A stretch of 45,221 bases of DNA, the filler included, from Jimgerdemannia flammicorona (Eukaryota): assembly GCA_003990765.1 (NCBI GenBank). It is 2 parts of 2 records of this genome, joined end to end, with 100 filler letters (N's around TTAATTAATTAA, not from the genome) between each part and the next. Parts side by side here need not be neighbours in the genome. Positions count along the whole stretch, not along the records: positions 1 to 22,564 come from RBNJ01001248.1; 1 more part is not named here. The stretch is one strand, 5' to 3'. Shown in pieces: positions 1 to 11,084 of the stretch. Each line of letters starts with the position of its first letter. Positions within the stretch are counted from its first letter, which is position 1. Under the pieces are notes generated by a model. It saw only the letters and a list, made by a program, of their open reading frames with translations, had not been told where the DNA came from and ran no database searches. A program made the translations under genes and the position numbers.

Positions 1-16
1 AAAGTACAGGTTTAGG

Positions 17-140
17 ATGCTGGCATTATTTAGTATCACATCAAAATGCTAGTGCTGGAATAATTTTGCATCACCTCAGAATACTGATGCTGGCATTATC
101 CAGTATTACATGAGAATACTGGTGCTGGCATTATCCAGTT
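17..140. repeat. ~35-bp degenerate tandem repeat (about 4 units) inside the LTR
   Basis: Core TGCTGGCATTATCCAGT recurs at ~35-bp spacing. The E2 LTRs have only about two units at the equivalent place. Confidence 0.7.
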
Positions 141-151
141 TAACAAAGAAC

Positions 152-964
152 TTAGAGCAGAAAGTTCAGGATCATGGAGGCTTCATCATCATCATCACTA
201 AAGGAGATAAGATCTGCGAATTCGTCATACAGGTCATACATTTTGCATATGTCACATGGGATGACGTCATCACTGATGATGTCATCACATTCAGCTGTGG
301 CAGGAAAATTGGGAACAAGATCTGAAGCTCTCTAGTCTATGAGGTTCTCTTCCACAAAATAGAGAACAAATGTAGAGTCTTGGGGAGGTCTAACCTGGAT
401 GCTTGGGCCTTGGAATACTGAGATCAATCCTTGCAGAAATTGGTCTGGGTTATTCTGAAGGATAGGGTGTCAGAAGTCTTCTACTTCTTCACTGTTGAGA
501 GTGATAGTGGACCAGGCTTCTGTAGCCACCCTGGCTTCTAGTGCATTGATACAGCAGGATGATAGGTCTCTGAAGTCTGAGACTCTAACATACTCCAAGT
601 TGGGGAGCAATCATGGTGCATGCCTGAAGATCTGATAGATCTTCTTAGCTGTCCTTGTTTTGCATATATCCATAGGAGTGGCATCTTGTAGCTCTTGGAT
701 GCTGGCTTGTGGGAACTCCCAGCAGAGGAGGTTTCCTATTTCATACTCCTGCCATATTTGGAGGCATTCGGTAGCAATGGTGATCCTTGTTTCTATTTCA
801 CAGTGGTAGAGAATGAAGTAATAAGGGTCTGCAGTACCCAGGTTGACACTAGGAGTCCTTCTTGAGCGAGTCCTCATAGCTCTTCTGATGTCTTGGAACA
901 TCCTTTCCTCAACTGAGATATCTTGGTGATTCCTTGACCTTGAGGTTTGGTGGGCAGCAGGCAT
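152..964 (-). pseudogene. LTR-encoded accessory ORF (~270 aa, unknown function), copy 1
   Basis: ATG at 964, TAA at 152-154, one frame (813 nt): MPAAHQTSRS...QEYEIGNLL...AKKIYQIFRHAP*LLPNLEYVRVSDF...DDDEASMILNFLL*. The few internal stops are explained by G>A/C>T changes. Confidence 0.8.
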
Positions 965-1649
965 TTCATTTATGGTAAGTCTTTAAGCTATTTTGGGATT
1001 GGTGGTTCTTATTGGTTACTGCTACTGTGGTTCCTTGATCCTTCTTTTATATTCTTCAGGATGCTTGTGCTGTGGTCACAATGACTCACAGTTGGTCATC
1101 ATTGCTCATCTCATATACTATATGATCTTATGCTCCAATCTGGTGGCTTGTAAGGAAAGGCTGTCTCCTGTGCTGATGTCATCATTCTGGGGTCACTGTT
1201 ACAATATGTATCTATACTTTATTTTTTTCTATATCTGAGTCACTCTATTCTAAAGATCTCTCTTCTTTTTCTAAAAACAGAACCTTAATATAGCTGATGA
1301 TACTTTAGTAGATAATCAGATTTATCTTCTATATATTACTTAAGTAGAACTAGATCTAGATCAATACTGTAATATTTTATTTATAAATTATATAGAGTCT
1401 ATATATAGCAATAGTATTTTTTTACAATAGGTCAGTAGTATTTCTAATATAGATCTGTTCTAGAACTAAAAGATCTTATAGCTATTTTCTAATAATATAG
1501 TAGTCTGTAGTTAGTAAATCTGTAATAGCTATTATACTAAGATAATTTTTATTAGTTTATAAAACTGAAACAAGAGAATGAATAGAGTCTAAGAGAAGCT
1601 AAGAATAAGAATTTAGAGATATTAGTCAATTCTCTAGATCATTGTATGA

Positions 1650-2664
1650 ATAGTAGATATATCTTGAAACAATTGATATATACAAGAATTTTTAAAGTAT
1701 TTATTTATATTTCTTATATATACTTATATATTTCTCTAATATTATATATAAAATAATATTCTTTTTACTTGAGTTTCAGTTTAGCAGTAAAGTTAATTTC
1801 AATTATACTTTTCTAAATAAGAACTTGATCTCTAATCTTAACTTTCTAATCTTTTTATTTCTGATTATAGTACTTTTTTTTATTTTTTTAAGTCTTAATT
1901 ATCTGAGTTCAGACTTGATTTTACAATTATTTTATCTTATTTAGAAGTTCTTTAAGGCTCTTTTGGTCAGTAGTTCTGGTTTTCTTAGCAAATATCATTT
2001 TGAATAACCTTTTTTTTAATAGAGATGATAAAGATAATCTGAATTTTCTATAAATTTTCAAATAAGTAGATATCTTGGTTAATAGAATAAACTTAGACAA
2101 GTTTCTTCCTTAATGGTTTAGTTTATTTATTCTATTATTCTATTGATTTAAGAGTAGTAGAATATAGTTTTTTTTAGATAGATCTTATAAATTTATATAA
2201 GTTATATATATATAATCAGCTTATAGATGAACTCTATTTTATAGTCTGAGATAAATTTTTCTAAGAGACTATATCAGAGAGTAAGGCTATAGAGAAGGCT
2301 TATAATGATTAAGATATTTGTAATTCCTATATATATTAGAAAATTCTCAAACTATTTGGTCAAATATTTTATAATATTAAAATATATTTATTTTTTCTTA
2401 ATATTACTAACAAAGATCTAATTATATCTACTCTCTATCTTTGAAAGATATAAATGAGTAGTAAGATAGATTATAATAAGACTTGATAATTCTTCTTTTT
2501 TTAATACTTCTAGTAGATATTATATTTTCTGAAAATATCTCTAACTTATATTCTAATGCAAGATTAATATTAGTATACTTTTTGCAACTTCTCTTTTATA
2601 CTTATCTATTCTTAGTGAGTTTTTTAATATTCTAGTTAGATGAGATCTTTCAGTTTCTTAATAA
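1650..2664 (-). pseudogene. Heavily decayed Ty3/gypsy integrase (host of the E1 insertion, left part)
   Basis: Minus-strand relics VDIIRSLLVILRKNKYILIL*KYLTK*FE (cf. DIIGPLP...NKYILV.EYLTKW), KFISD..IEF and an H/P-Q-x-N-G-like segment. Very TpA-rich. Confidence 0.7.
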
Positions 2665-3119
2665 TGTAATGTAGCAGATGCTAAGGTGGGCAAGTACATC
2701 AGATTTCTTTATCTTGAATTCTTGTCTTCTTGACTCCCAGAGTCAGTAGTTCCTTGAGGCCAAATGTATTTAAGAGGTAATCCCAAAAGTTCTTTTATCA
2801 GTATACTTGTTCTTTTTCTAACACTTTCAATCTGAGGTTTATTCACTCAAAGATACTGGGTTATTTATACAAGTTTGCTAGCTATGAGATGGTTACTGAG
2901 TTATGCAGCTGAGTTATGAGTCATTTAGACAATGTCTAGAAACTTAGACAATGTCAAAATGCTATACTAAATCAGAGTGTTCAATTTGGACAATGTCTAG
3001 AAATTTAGACAATATTGAAATTGGTGACTGCTAACTATAAAACTATACTACTTTGGGAATGGGTGTGATCAAGTGTTTATTCCCTATTTTCTTCTTCCTA
3101 ATTCAGCTATACCATCACA
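2665..3119 (-). repeat. E1 3' LTR (455 bp)
   Basis: Direct repeat of 8875-9333, TGTAA...TCACA on the + strand. Preceded on the minus strand by the PPT. Confidence 0.95.
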
Positions 3120-3134
3120 ACTTCCTCCTGAATA
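3120..3134 (-). promoter_or_regulatory. E1 polypurine tract
   Basis: TATTCAGGAGGAAGT directly before the 3' LTR on the minus strand. E2 has TATTCAGGAGAAAGA at the same position. Confidence 0.8.
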
Positions 3135-3210
3135 GATGGTCTCATCTCTGAGGCATCTATTTAAACTCCCATGCTTCAACTGTCTGTATGGTTTTGTACT
3201 GTTCAATTTG

Positions 3211-3618
3211 CTACATGACTGTCTCCCAATGATGTCTCCTTACTTTATCAAAGTCGGTAGAGGTTACTCCTTGCAGGTGGGCTAATGCTGATTCATCTTC
3301 TCGAAATAGCTTGTGGATCCTTTTGGCGATGGTGATCTGTGAGTAGGAGAGTTGGCACTCTGCAATCCAGTCTTCTTTGGTCTTTACTGGATCCTGGTTG
3401 AGCACCTGTCCAAGCTTGAAGTACTCTTGGAACTCTGCCCGATGTTGGTAGGCACTAAAATGTGAGATCTGAGAGAGATGAGTCTGCACAATACTCTGAA
3501 TACTATCATAACATTTCTCTATAGTCAGAGGTTTGGTGGTGCACCATTGTCTTTCAATAGCCCTTTGTGCAGCACTAGTGATCTTGAGTGCTGTTGCAGT
3601 GTTCTGGTTATTGGCCAT
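3211..3618 (-). CDS. E1 accessory ORF (135 aa; perhaps ~153 aa if the TAG is a mutated CAG), unknown function
   Basis: Open ORF between pol and the PPT. Its ATG (3618-3616) overlaps the last pol codons (pol TAA 3610-3608). It shares the QEY..G..L / AK.I...FR / L..V...DF pattern with the LTR ORF of E2. Confidence 0.72.
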   Translation of the reverse strand: MANNQNTATALKITSAAQRAIERQWCTTKPLTIEKCYDSIQSIVQTHLSQISHFSAYQHRAEFQEYFKLGQVLNQDPVKTKEDWIAECQLSYSQITIAKRIHKLFREDESALAHLQGVTSTDFDKVRRHHWETVM

Positions 3619-6600
3619 GGTACTTCTTGAGTCAGTTTCGGTGAATGGTGGTGGGGATTATTGTGCCTGAGGGCTTTCATAGTCGGAAAGTGGTCCCTTT
3701 TATATCTTATACCAGGTAAGGTCCTTCCCATTTAGGGTCCAGTTTTCATGACCAAGAAGCTTCTACCATATTCCGATACACCAGGACTTCATCTCCTATC
3801 TTGATAATCTCCAGGGGCTTGTGGGTTTTTTCCACATTGTTCCATTGCAGTGCCTGCACCTTGATTATATAATCCTCTGCCTTTTTCCTGATCTGGTGCA
3901 ATCTCCATATCTCCATGTCCATATGCTTCCAAATTGCATCATTACTTGCTGACAAACTTCTACCAGAACTTTCTTTGCCAAATAGCATTTCTCATGGTGT
4001 AAAGTGGGTGCTTTGTGATCGTATATCCTGCAGAGTGGATAATGCTATTGGAAGATAGTGGTCCCAGTTTCTGTATTCATCACAGATCTTGGCCATGATG
4101 TTCTTGAGGGTCTTGTTAGTTCTCTCTGCTTGTCCGTTTCCTTGTGGGTGATATGTGGTGGTCTTGATGTGTTGGATCTTGTACTTTTTGTAAAGAATCT
4201 CATGGAACTGGTTGACAAATTCTGTTCCTCTATCTGTGGTAACTTGCTGCAGGGTTTTGAATTGGCAGATGATTTCTCTGTGTAAGAAATTGGCAATTGA
4301 CTGTGCATTGGCTTCCTTGAGGGGTCTGGCCTCTACCTATTTTGTAAAAAGGTCTACTATCATGATGATGTATCTGTTGCCAGTTAATGTCAGGGGTAGG
4401 GGGCCAATTACATCCATTGCAATGTGGGCAAATGGTATCAGTTCGATGTCTGCTGATCCAGGGGCTTGATCTCGTCAGTCTTGTTTCTGTTTCTGGCATT
4501 TGTTACAGGTCCTGACAAATTGTCTGATATCTTCTCCCATTCCAGGCCACCACAAGGTTCTTCTTGCTTTGTCAAATGTATTTGTTCCTCCTACGTGACC
4601 TTGTTCGTGTACCTCTTTCATCACTTGATCCTTCCGGTGCTTGGGAATGACTAATTGTTGTCCTTTCTTAAGTATTTCTCCATCAGTTTCGAATTGTTTC
4701 CATGTCCAATTAATAATTGTTTTTGTCCATTCTTCCAGATGTGGGGGCATCTTTCGCTGCCTCAGGTAGCTGATGATTCCATAATATAGCTCCCTATTCA
4801 TGGTAATTTTGTTGGGGTGGGGTCCTTCGGGGTGTCTGTGAGAGGACATCGGTATTGGCGTTGGTTCTTCCAGGGCAGTAGATGATTGTGACATCGTATG
4901 CTTACAGCTTCATGATCCATCGGGCATAGATCCCCTTGGGCTCACTGGTAGTGAGCAACCAGGTGAGTGCCGAATAATCTGTCTGGATGGTGAAGTGTCT
5001 GCCAGCCAGATAGTAGTGGAACTTCTCCACAGCCCAGATGACTGCAAGGCATTCCAACTTGTATGATTCATAGGACTGCTTGGCTCCTCAAGTATCTTGG
5101 CTGAGATAAGCTACCACATATTTGGCACCATTCTTCTTTTGTGCGAGGACAGCTCCAAGTTCCATTGCACTGGCATCTATCTGCAAAATAAACTCTTGAG
5201 TCCAGTTGGGTCTTCTCAGGATTGGGGCCTGTGTCAATCTGATCTTGAGCTCATCAAAGGCTAGTTGCTGCTGCTGAGTCCACTGGAACTTGGCCTCTTT
5301 TCTAAACAGGTCATAGATAGGGCTGGCAATGTGGGAGAATCTTCTAATAAATCTTCTGTAGTAGGATGCAAGTCCCATGAAGGCTCGGGCTTCAGTGATA
5401 CTGGTAGGTACTGGGTATACTGCTACTGCTTTGATCTTTGTAGGGTCTGTATATATTCCTTCACAGTTGATGATATGTCCAAGGTATGCGATTTCTTCTT
5501 CTCCAAACTTGCATTTCTTAGGCTTGATGTAGAGGCCATGTTTATGAAGCCTTCTGAGAATTTCCTCGATGTGTTCCAAGTGCTCCTTGGCAGTTTGGCT
5601 GAAGATGATCACATCATCTACATATACCATTATCTATTTTTCCATAACATCCCTGAAGATGCTGTTTATCATTCACTGGAAGCTTGCTGGTGCATTGCAC
5701 ATTTCAAAGGGCATGCAGAGATAGACATAGGTTCTATCAGGGGTGATGAAGGCTGATCTTTTGCTGGCTTCTGGTGTAAGGCCAATTTGGTAGAATCCTG
5801 AGAACAGATCCAAGGTGGTATAGAATCATGATTCATTCTCCAGCATGATGAGAATATTGCCGATGTTGGGCAATGGTTGTCTGTCTTTCTCTGTGACCTC
5901 ATTGAGTCTTCTATAATCTGTGCAGAGTCTTGGTACAAATTCTCCTGGTCGGCTTCCTTTCTTGAGTACAAGGACAATAGGGGAAGACCAAGGGCTGCTG
6001 GCTTCTTCGATGATACCAGATTCCTCCATTTCCTTGATTTCTGTTTTGAGCCATTCTCTGTAAGCTGGTGGAATGGGGCAGGCCTTCTGATAGATTGGCT
6101 TTGCATCTCCAGTATTGACATCATGGTAATACAAGGGTTTCTTGATCTTGATCTCCTTGAAGTCTGTGGCCAGTACATCCTTGAATGTATACAAGAGACT
6201 CTGTGATACTTCTCTGAGTGGGAAGTTTCTTCCGATTGTGTAGGTGTGTTTGTCTTGGCTTTCCTCCTTCTTGTACTCCAATTCGGTAATCTTAGTTGCT
6301 GCAAGGACTTCTCTTCCTGTAGAGCCGAATCTAGCTCTTCCTCGCTGAGTCTGTCTGATGTTTGCAATCTCCTTGATTCTTGGATTAAGAACAGGTAGGA
6401 TGAGTATTTGCACCAGCTGATCCTTCTTTCTTACTTCAAATGGGATTGTTGAGTTGTAGTTCCTGACAAGGAGAAGGATTTCTCCAGTATAATCTGAGTC
6501 GATGACTCCTCCTTCTATAGATATTTCGCTTTTCACCAGGCTACTCCTTGTCTTGAGGATTCCGACATGGTTTGGTGGGATAGTTACTTCAATTCCTATT

Positions 6601-8818
6601 CCTAGGATGGTTGTAGTCTGTGGTTCGAGTATTGTATATGTTGTTGTAGACAGGTCCATTCCAGCTGCATTTTCTGATTTGTACTATGGCAGGACTGCAT
6701 CAGGGTGGATCCTCCATCTTGACTGTGATATCTTCATCCTCATCATCACTGTCATCCAATAGCTCTGGTGGTCTATCTTCTGGTTCCTCCTGATTCTTCT
6801 TTGGCTTGTTGGTGATCTTTTTCACCTCAATGATACAAGAGTAGCAGCGATCCAAGTGCTGGGCACAGTACATTCTTTCACCATGGGGGCACCTTCCTAG
6901 TGGGGCATAATCATCTGCGATTCTTATATACCATTCTTCCTCTGTCAATTGCTTGCTTTTTCCTTTCTTCACAGTAACTATATAGGCTTCTTCTTCTTGA
7001 TCTTCCTCCATCTTGGAGTGGACTCCTTTGTGGACATTGATGGGAATTCTGATCTTCTTTCCCCAGTAGACAATCTGCATCTTCTGTGCGCTGAGATCAA
7101 TCATTGTCTTGGCTTTGTGAAGCCATTGATTGCCAATGAGGATATCATAGTTAGTTGCATTGGTGATGATGACATCCACAGGGATAGTGGCCTCTCCGAA
7201 CTTGATTGGTATATCTCGGATCTTTCCCAAGAGTGTTGCTCGTGTTCCATCAGCTGTAATGAATACCAGTTTGGTGGCTTCTTCTATTTCCCAGCCTAGG
7301 TGGTCTACTGCTTTCTTGGTGATGAGACATTCTCCTGCTCCCGTATCAATAATGGCTTCAAAGATCTGGTTCTTGATCTGGCAGGTAGCATAGGCTGATG
7401 TTTTCCAGTTATCTTCACTCTCTTCATCTGAATCTTCTTGTGTATTGTTGGCTTTGATTATTCTATAATCTTGGTCTTTGCTGATGTCTGAGATTCCTGT
7501 CCTCATTTGTTGTCTGAAAGTCGGAATTTCCACCAGCTGGCTGAAGGTTGCATTGACCTTTTGGTCCTTGAGGTCCTTGAAGATATCATACTTGAAGGTC
7601 TTGCTCTTGTACAATTTCTGTTCCTTCTTTCCTTCGCTTGATGGGATAGTGTTTCAGATAATATCTTCTACCGCTCATTCAAGTTCAGCATCTTGTTCCA
7701 GCTCCATATCTTGATTAGCTTCTCCCTGCTGAATCTCTTTTTCATTTACCATTTCTGGTTGTCTTGTCTGTGTCTGCACCTTCTTGGGAGGTCTGCTCAC
7801 TGGTTTCTTGTAGGGGCTGGATCAGATATCCTTCTTGCTTGAGATAGCAGGGTAAGCTTCCTATTCCTCCCTCTCTTCCTCGGATTCTCCAATCTCCTTG
7901 AAGGTGATAGTGTTTGCTTGTTCGCAGTTCCTGGTTGCATTGCTTGGATTGGCCTTTTGCTTGGTTTCTGTCATGTATTCAGAGGCATAGTGGCCTTCTT
8001 CTCTACAATTATAGCATGTTATTGATCATCTTGCGTTTGTAGCAGCAAACTTCTGTACTGGCTTCTTCTTGAACTCTTTGACTATATCACTGAGGTGTGC
8101 AGTCATTTCTGCAAACTGTTTGGCCAGTTCCTCTATTGGGTCGACCCTTCTCTGGTCTTGTGTTTGTAGTTGTGTATTCCGGTTGACTATGGTAGTCAGG
8201 ATTGTATTGGTGACTCTTGGTGCTTGTTCGATTTTTACTCTGGTTATCCTTTTCATTGTATGGCCTTGAGGGTGTCTGGCAGTCCAGTATCTTTGGGTGT
8301 AGGTAATGTTCTGTCCCAGGTCCAGTAGTGTTGGGGTAGATCGAATGGCTAAAGCGATTTCTTGGTGAATGCCTTTCATAAAGGTATTCTTGGTCACTTG
8401 GTCTTGAACTGCATCGAGGTAGTCAGCAAGGACTATTTGATGTCGGATTCTTGTATAGAATGTGTTTGGGTCTTCAGACATTCCTTGGCAGATAGTATTC
8501 AGTTGATCTTTGAGTACCTGTTTGATTTCGTCTATATAGTAGGTTGCTTGGAGCCAGGCCTTGAAGGCCAAGATTCTTGCTGGATCATCAGCTCCTTGTA
8601 CATTAGCTGCAGTAAACATGATTCTTGCTGGGCCTCAGAGGCTCACAGGGAGTAGGGCTACTTATTGTGCTGCTGATAAGATTCTTATAGCAGCATACTG
8701 CTCGAAATCATCAATGAAGGTGATGATTGATTTGTCAGAGGTATATCCATGGAATATGGGTAGTCTCATATCCATTCTGTCTGATTGTGTTGTATGAGTT
8801 CTGGTTGTGGTTATTCAT
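3608..8818 (-). pseudogene. E1 gag-pol polyprotein (Gag, CCHC knuckle, aspartic protease, dUTPase, RT, RNase H, integrase) with stops and frameshifts
   Basis: CYNCREEGHY; IIDTGAG; AGMDL/RSS/GVIDSDYTGE; SPWSSPIVLV, DYRRLN, YVDD; IDAS..LGAVL; integrase zinc finger (HEQGH...CNKC) and KWEGPY. Confidence 0.93.
6315..6700 (-). other. dUTPase domain within E1 pol
   Basis: Trimeric dUTPase motifs in order: AGMDL, KTRSS, GVIDSDYTGEI, LVQI, RGRARFGSTG. Confidence 0.93.
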
Positions 8819-8854
8819 TGTTCAGCTTGAAAGTGAGGGATTCATCTTGAATCA

Positions 8855-8874
8855 CCAGCCAATGAGCACCAAGT
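8855..8874 (-). promoter_or_regulatory. E1 primer-binding site
   Basis: ACTTGGTGCTCATTGGCTGG directly after the 5' LTR, with TGG complementary to tRNA CCA. Primer tRNA not identified. Confidence 0.75.
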
Positions 8875-9333
8875 TGTAACATAGTGGACACTAAGGTGGG
8901 CAAGTATGTCAGATTTCTTTATCTTGAATTCTTGTCTTCTTGACTCTCAGAGTCAGTAGTTCCTTGAGGCCAAATGTGTTTAAGAGGTAATCTCAAAAGT
9001 CCTTTTATTGGTATACTTGTTCTTTTTCTAACACTTTCAATCTGAGGTTTATTCACTCAAAGATACTAGGTTATTTATACAAGTTTGCTAGCTATGAGAT
9101 GGTTACTGAGTTATGTGACTGAGTTATGAGTTATTTAGATAATACATATCTAAAAACTTAGACAATGTCAAAATACTATACTAAATCAGGGTATTCAATT
9201 TGGACAATGTCTAGAAATTTAAACAATGTCGAAATTGGCAACTGCTAACTATAAAACTATACTACTTTGGGAATAGGTGTGATCAAGTGTTTATTCCCTA
9301 TTTCCTTCTTCCTAATTTGGCTATACCATTACA
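8875..9333 (-). repeat. E1 5' LTR (459 bp)
   Basis: Direct repeat of 2665-3119. Differences are mainly C/T and G/A transitions plus a small indel. Confidence 0.95.
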
Positions 9334-10179
9334 ATAGTTATAAAAACTTCTTTTAGAATATAATTCTCAAGTATACTCTTTCTCTAGTTTATTGGATTAT
9401 ATGAGAAAATATATCAATATTGTTATAAGTCTTCTCTACTTTATAGATAATAGTAATTTTATAATATTGTAAAATTAGGATCTAGTGGGTAAGAATTTTA
9501 ATAGAGTATTTATAATAGAATAGCTATTTGAGAGAAATATAATTAGTTATCAGAATAAATCTTTTTTTTAATAAAATAATACTTAAATAAAATAACTACT
9601 CAAATAACTATAAGATATTCTAATTTGATATTACTATAATCTACTTATTATTTATTAATAGCTCAGCTTATATAAGCTATTATATAGTATTATTAATTTA
9701 GTCCTCTTTAGGCAGAAATTGTTCTAAGGCTATTCTTAGAGATATTTATATATAATATAAATAATTTTTGTTAATTATATTATATAAAAACTGATATTAT
9801 AGTTATATAATACTTGAGATCTTAAAGGCTTGTTTTTGTAATTTCTTTTATTTATATATTACTTTCTTTTTAAATAGAGTTCAGATTGAAGCCAAAGTTT
9901 TAGTGAAAATTCTAATAAATCTTCTATAATAGAATATTAGTATTAAGAAGAATAAAACTTCTGTAATAAAACTATATACTAATAGAATTAATATATTGTA
10001 GAAAGTCAAAGATAACTTTTGGCTCTAAGTTCTAAGTTCTTGAGAAAGTGCTGAGTTCTAATTGCCTATTATAGTAGAGTCTAGATATTACTTTTAGATT
10101 TTTATACTAGTAGAGGTACCATACATATATCTTAAGTTTATCAGGCTCAGAATTATTAACAAGTCAAATCTGAGAGTTC
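9334..10179 (-). pseudogene. Heavily decayed gypsy RT C-terminus/RNase H (host of E1, right part)
   Basis: Relics FYYRRFIRIF, LQKQAF and KLEYLIVI*VVILFKYYFIKKRFILITNYISLK*LF. Orientation and domain order are continuous with the integrase relic left of E1. Confidence 0.7.
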
Positions 10180-11000
10180 TGTAATAAGAATACTACTTTA
10201 TTCTTAGGTTTAGAAAAAGTAGAGCTGAGGTTATAATATACTCAATATAGAGAGTATTTATACATATTTGAGGCTATGACTAAATATATATAGTATACTA
10301 GTTATATTCATATATAGTTATACTACTTTAGATAACTATAATTACTAGTTAGAAATTCTATAGAAATTTTTATAGAAATTTTTATTGAAATTTCTATTGA
10401 AATTTTCAGAGACTTGTAAATATATGTAATAATTCATTATATTCTTCTTTTTTTTACTTGAGCCTACTCATTGGACTCAGTATTAAACTCTAAATATTCA
10501 TTAAATTGAAGGACAGTATACTAAACTACTTGAAAAACAATTTTGCTCTATTATTTATTACTCAAGTTGATAGTATTTTTAGGAGATACTCTATAGAGAT
10601 AGTTGAAAACTTGGGATTAGATACAGAAAAGAACATAGAGTCTTTTGGTAACTATATAAGTATAGTTGTTAATGAAAAGACAAACTTGTTATTTGATATC
10701 ACTGAGAGTAGCTTATTGATAGATAAGGTATTCTATCTTATAGTACTTCTTAAGTTTTTATTAATAGCAGAAAGTCTAGAAGTATTAGATTCTTCCAAGA
10801 TATTATTAGGCTTCATTTAGATCAGAGTTTCTAGAGATTTATATATTAACAGATAGTAGTTTAGTAGAATTCCATTAATATTTAATTATTCTAAAAATAG
10901 TGGTAGTAATTTTATTCTTAGTTTATTTTCAATATTATTACTAGGTACTTATATTAAAAGAGATGAATTATCTATATGAAATTGTTTTATGATATTTATA
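10180..11000 (-). repeat. Putative 3' LTR of the chromovirus remnant
   Basis: Follows a purine tract (AAAGAGAAG, 11009-11001), starts TATAAAT (mutated TGT) and ends ...TTATTACA at 10180. Contains a ~12-bp tandem array at ~10350-10410. No second copy in the window to confirm the boundaries. Confidence 0.4.
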
Positions 11001-11084
11001 CTTCTCTTTATCAGAGTTATTTAGAGATATAACTGTCTTTTGGAAATTTCATCAGAATTTTCATTATACTAGATATTTATATCA

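Larger units (their letters stand above)
1..1203 (-). repeat. LTR of the E2 family (5' LTR or solo LTR, cut by the window edge)
   Basis: The reverse complement begins TGTAACAGTGACCCCAGAATGATGACATCAG at 1203, matching the LTR starts at 13494 and 20663, and is colinear with them. No family PPT precedes it. Confidence 0.93.
2665..9333 (-). mobile_element. E1: full-length dUTPase-encoding Ty3/gypsy LTR retrotransposon (decayed)
   Basis: Two ~455-459 bp TG...CA LTRs, PBS, PPT, gag-pol in PR-RT-RH-IN order, and a near-perfect 4-bp TSD (ATAA 2661-2664 / ATAG 9334-9337). Confidence 0.95.

Noticed and set aside
17..140. Regularly spaced ~35-bp repeats resembling a CRISPR array
   Set aside because: The units are degenerate tandem copies with no unique spacers, lie inside an LTR, and have no cas genes nearby.
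1204..1650. Possible accessory-ORF relic downstream of the old integrase (NTIAIYRLY)
   Set aside because: Too decayed; the similarity is within chance.
5669..6367. 232-aa alternative-frame ORF overlapping E1 dUTPase/RT
   Set aside because: Off-frame overlap of pol whose end picks up the RT frame after a decay frameshift; not kept open in E2.
6315..6700. dUTPase as a host or bacterial dut gene, or a prokaryotic RT system
   Set aside because: It is in frame within an LTR-flanked gypsy pol, and the RTs are of LTR and LINE type, not retron, DGR or group II intron type.
10506..10820. 104-aa ORF in an AT-rich region
   Set aside because: No recognisable motif, non-ATG start, and located inside a presumed decayed LTR.
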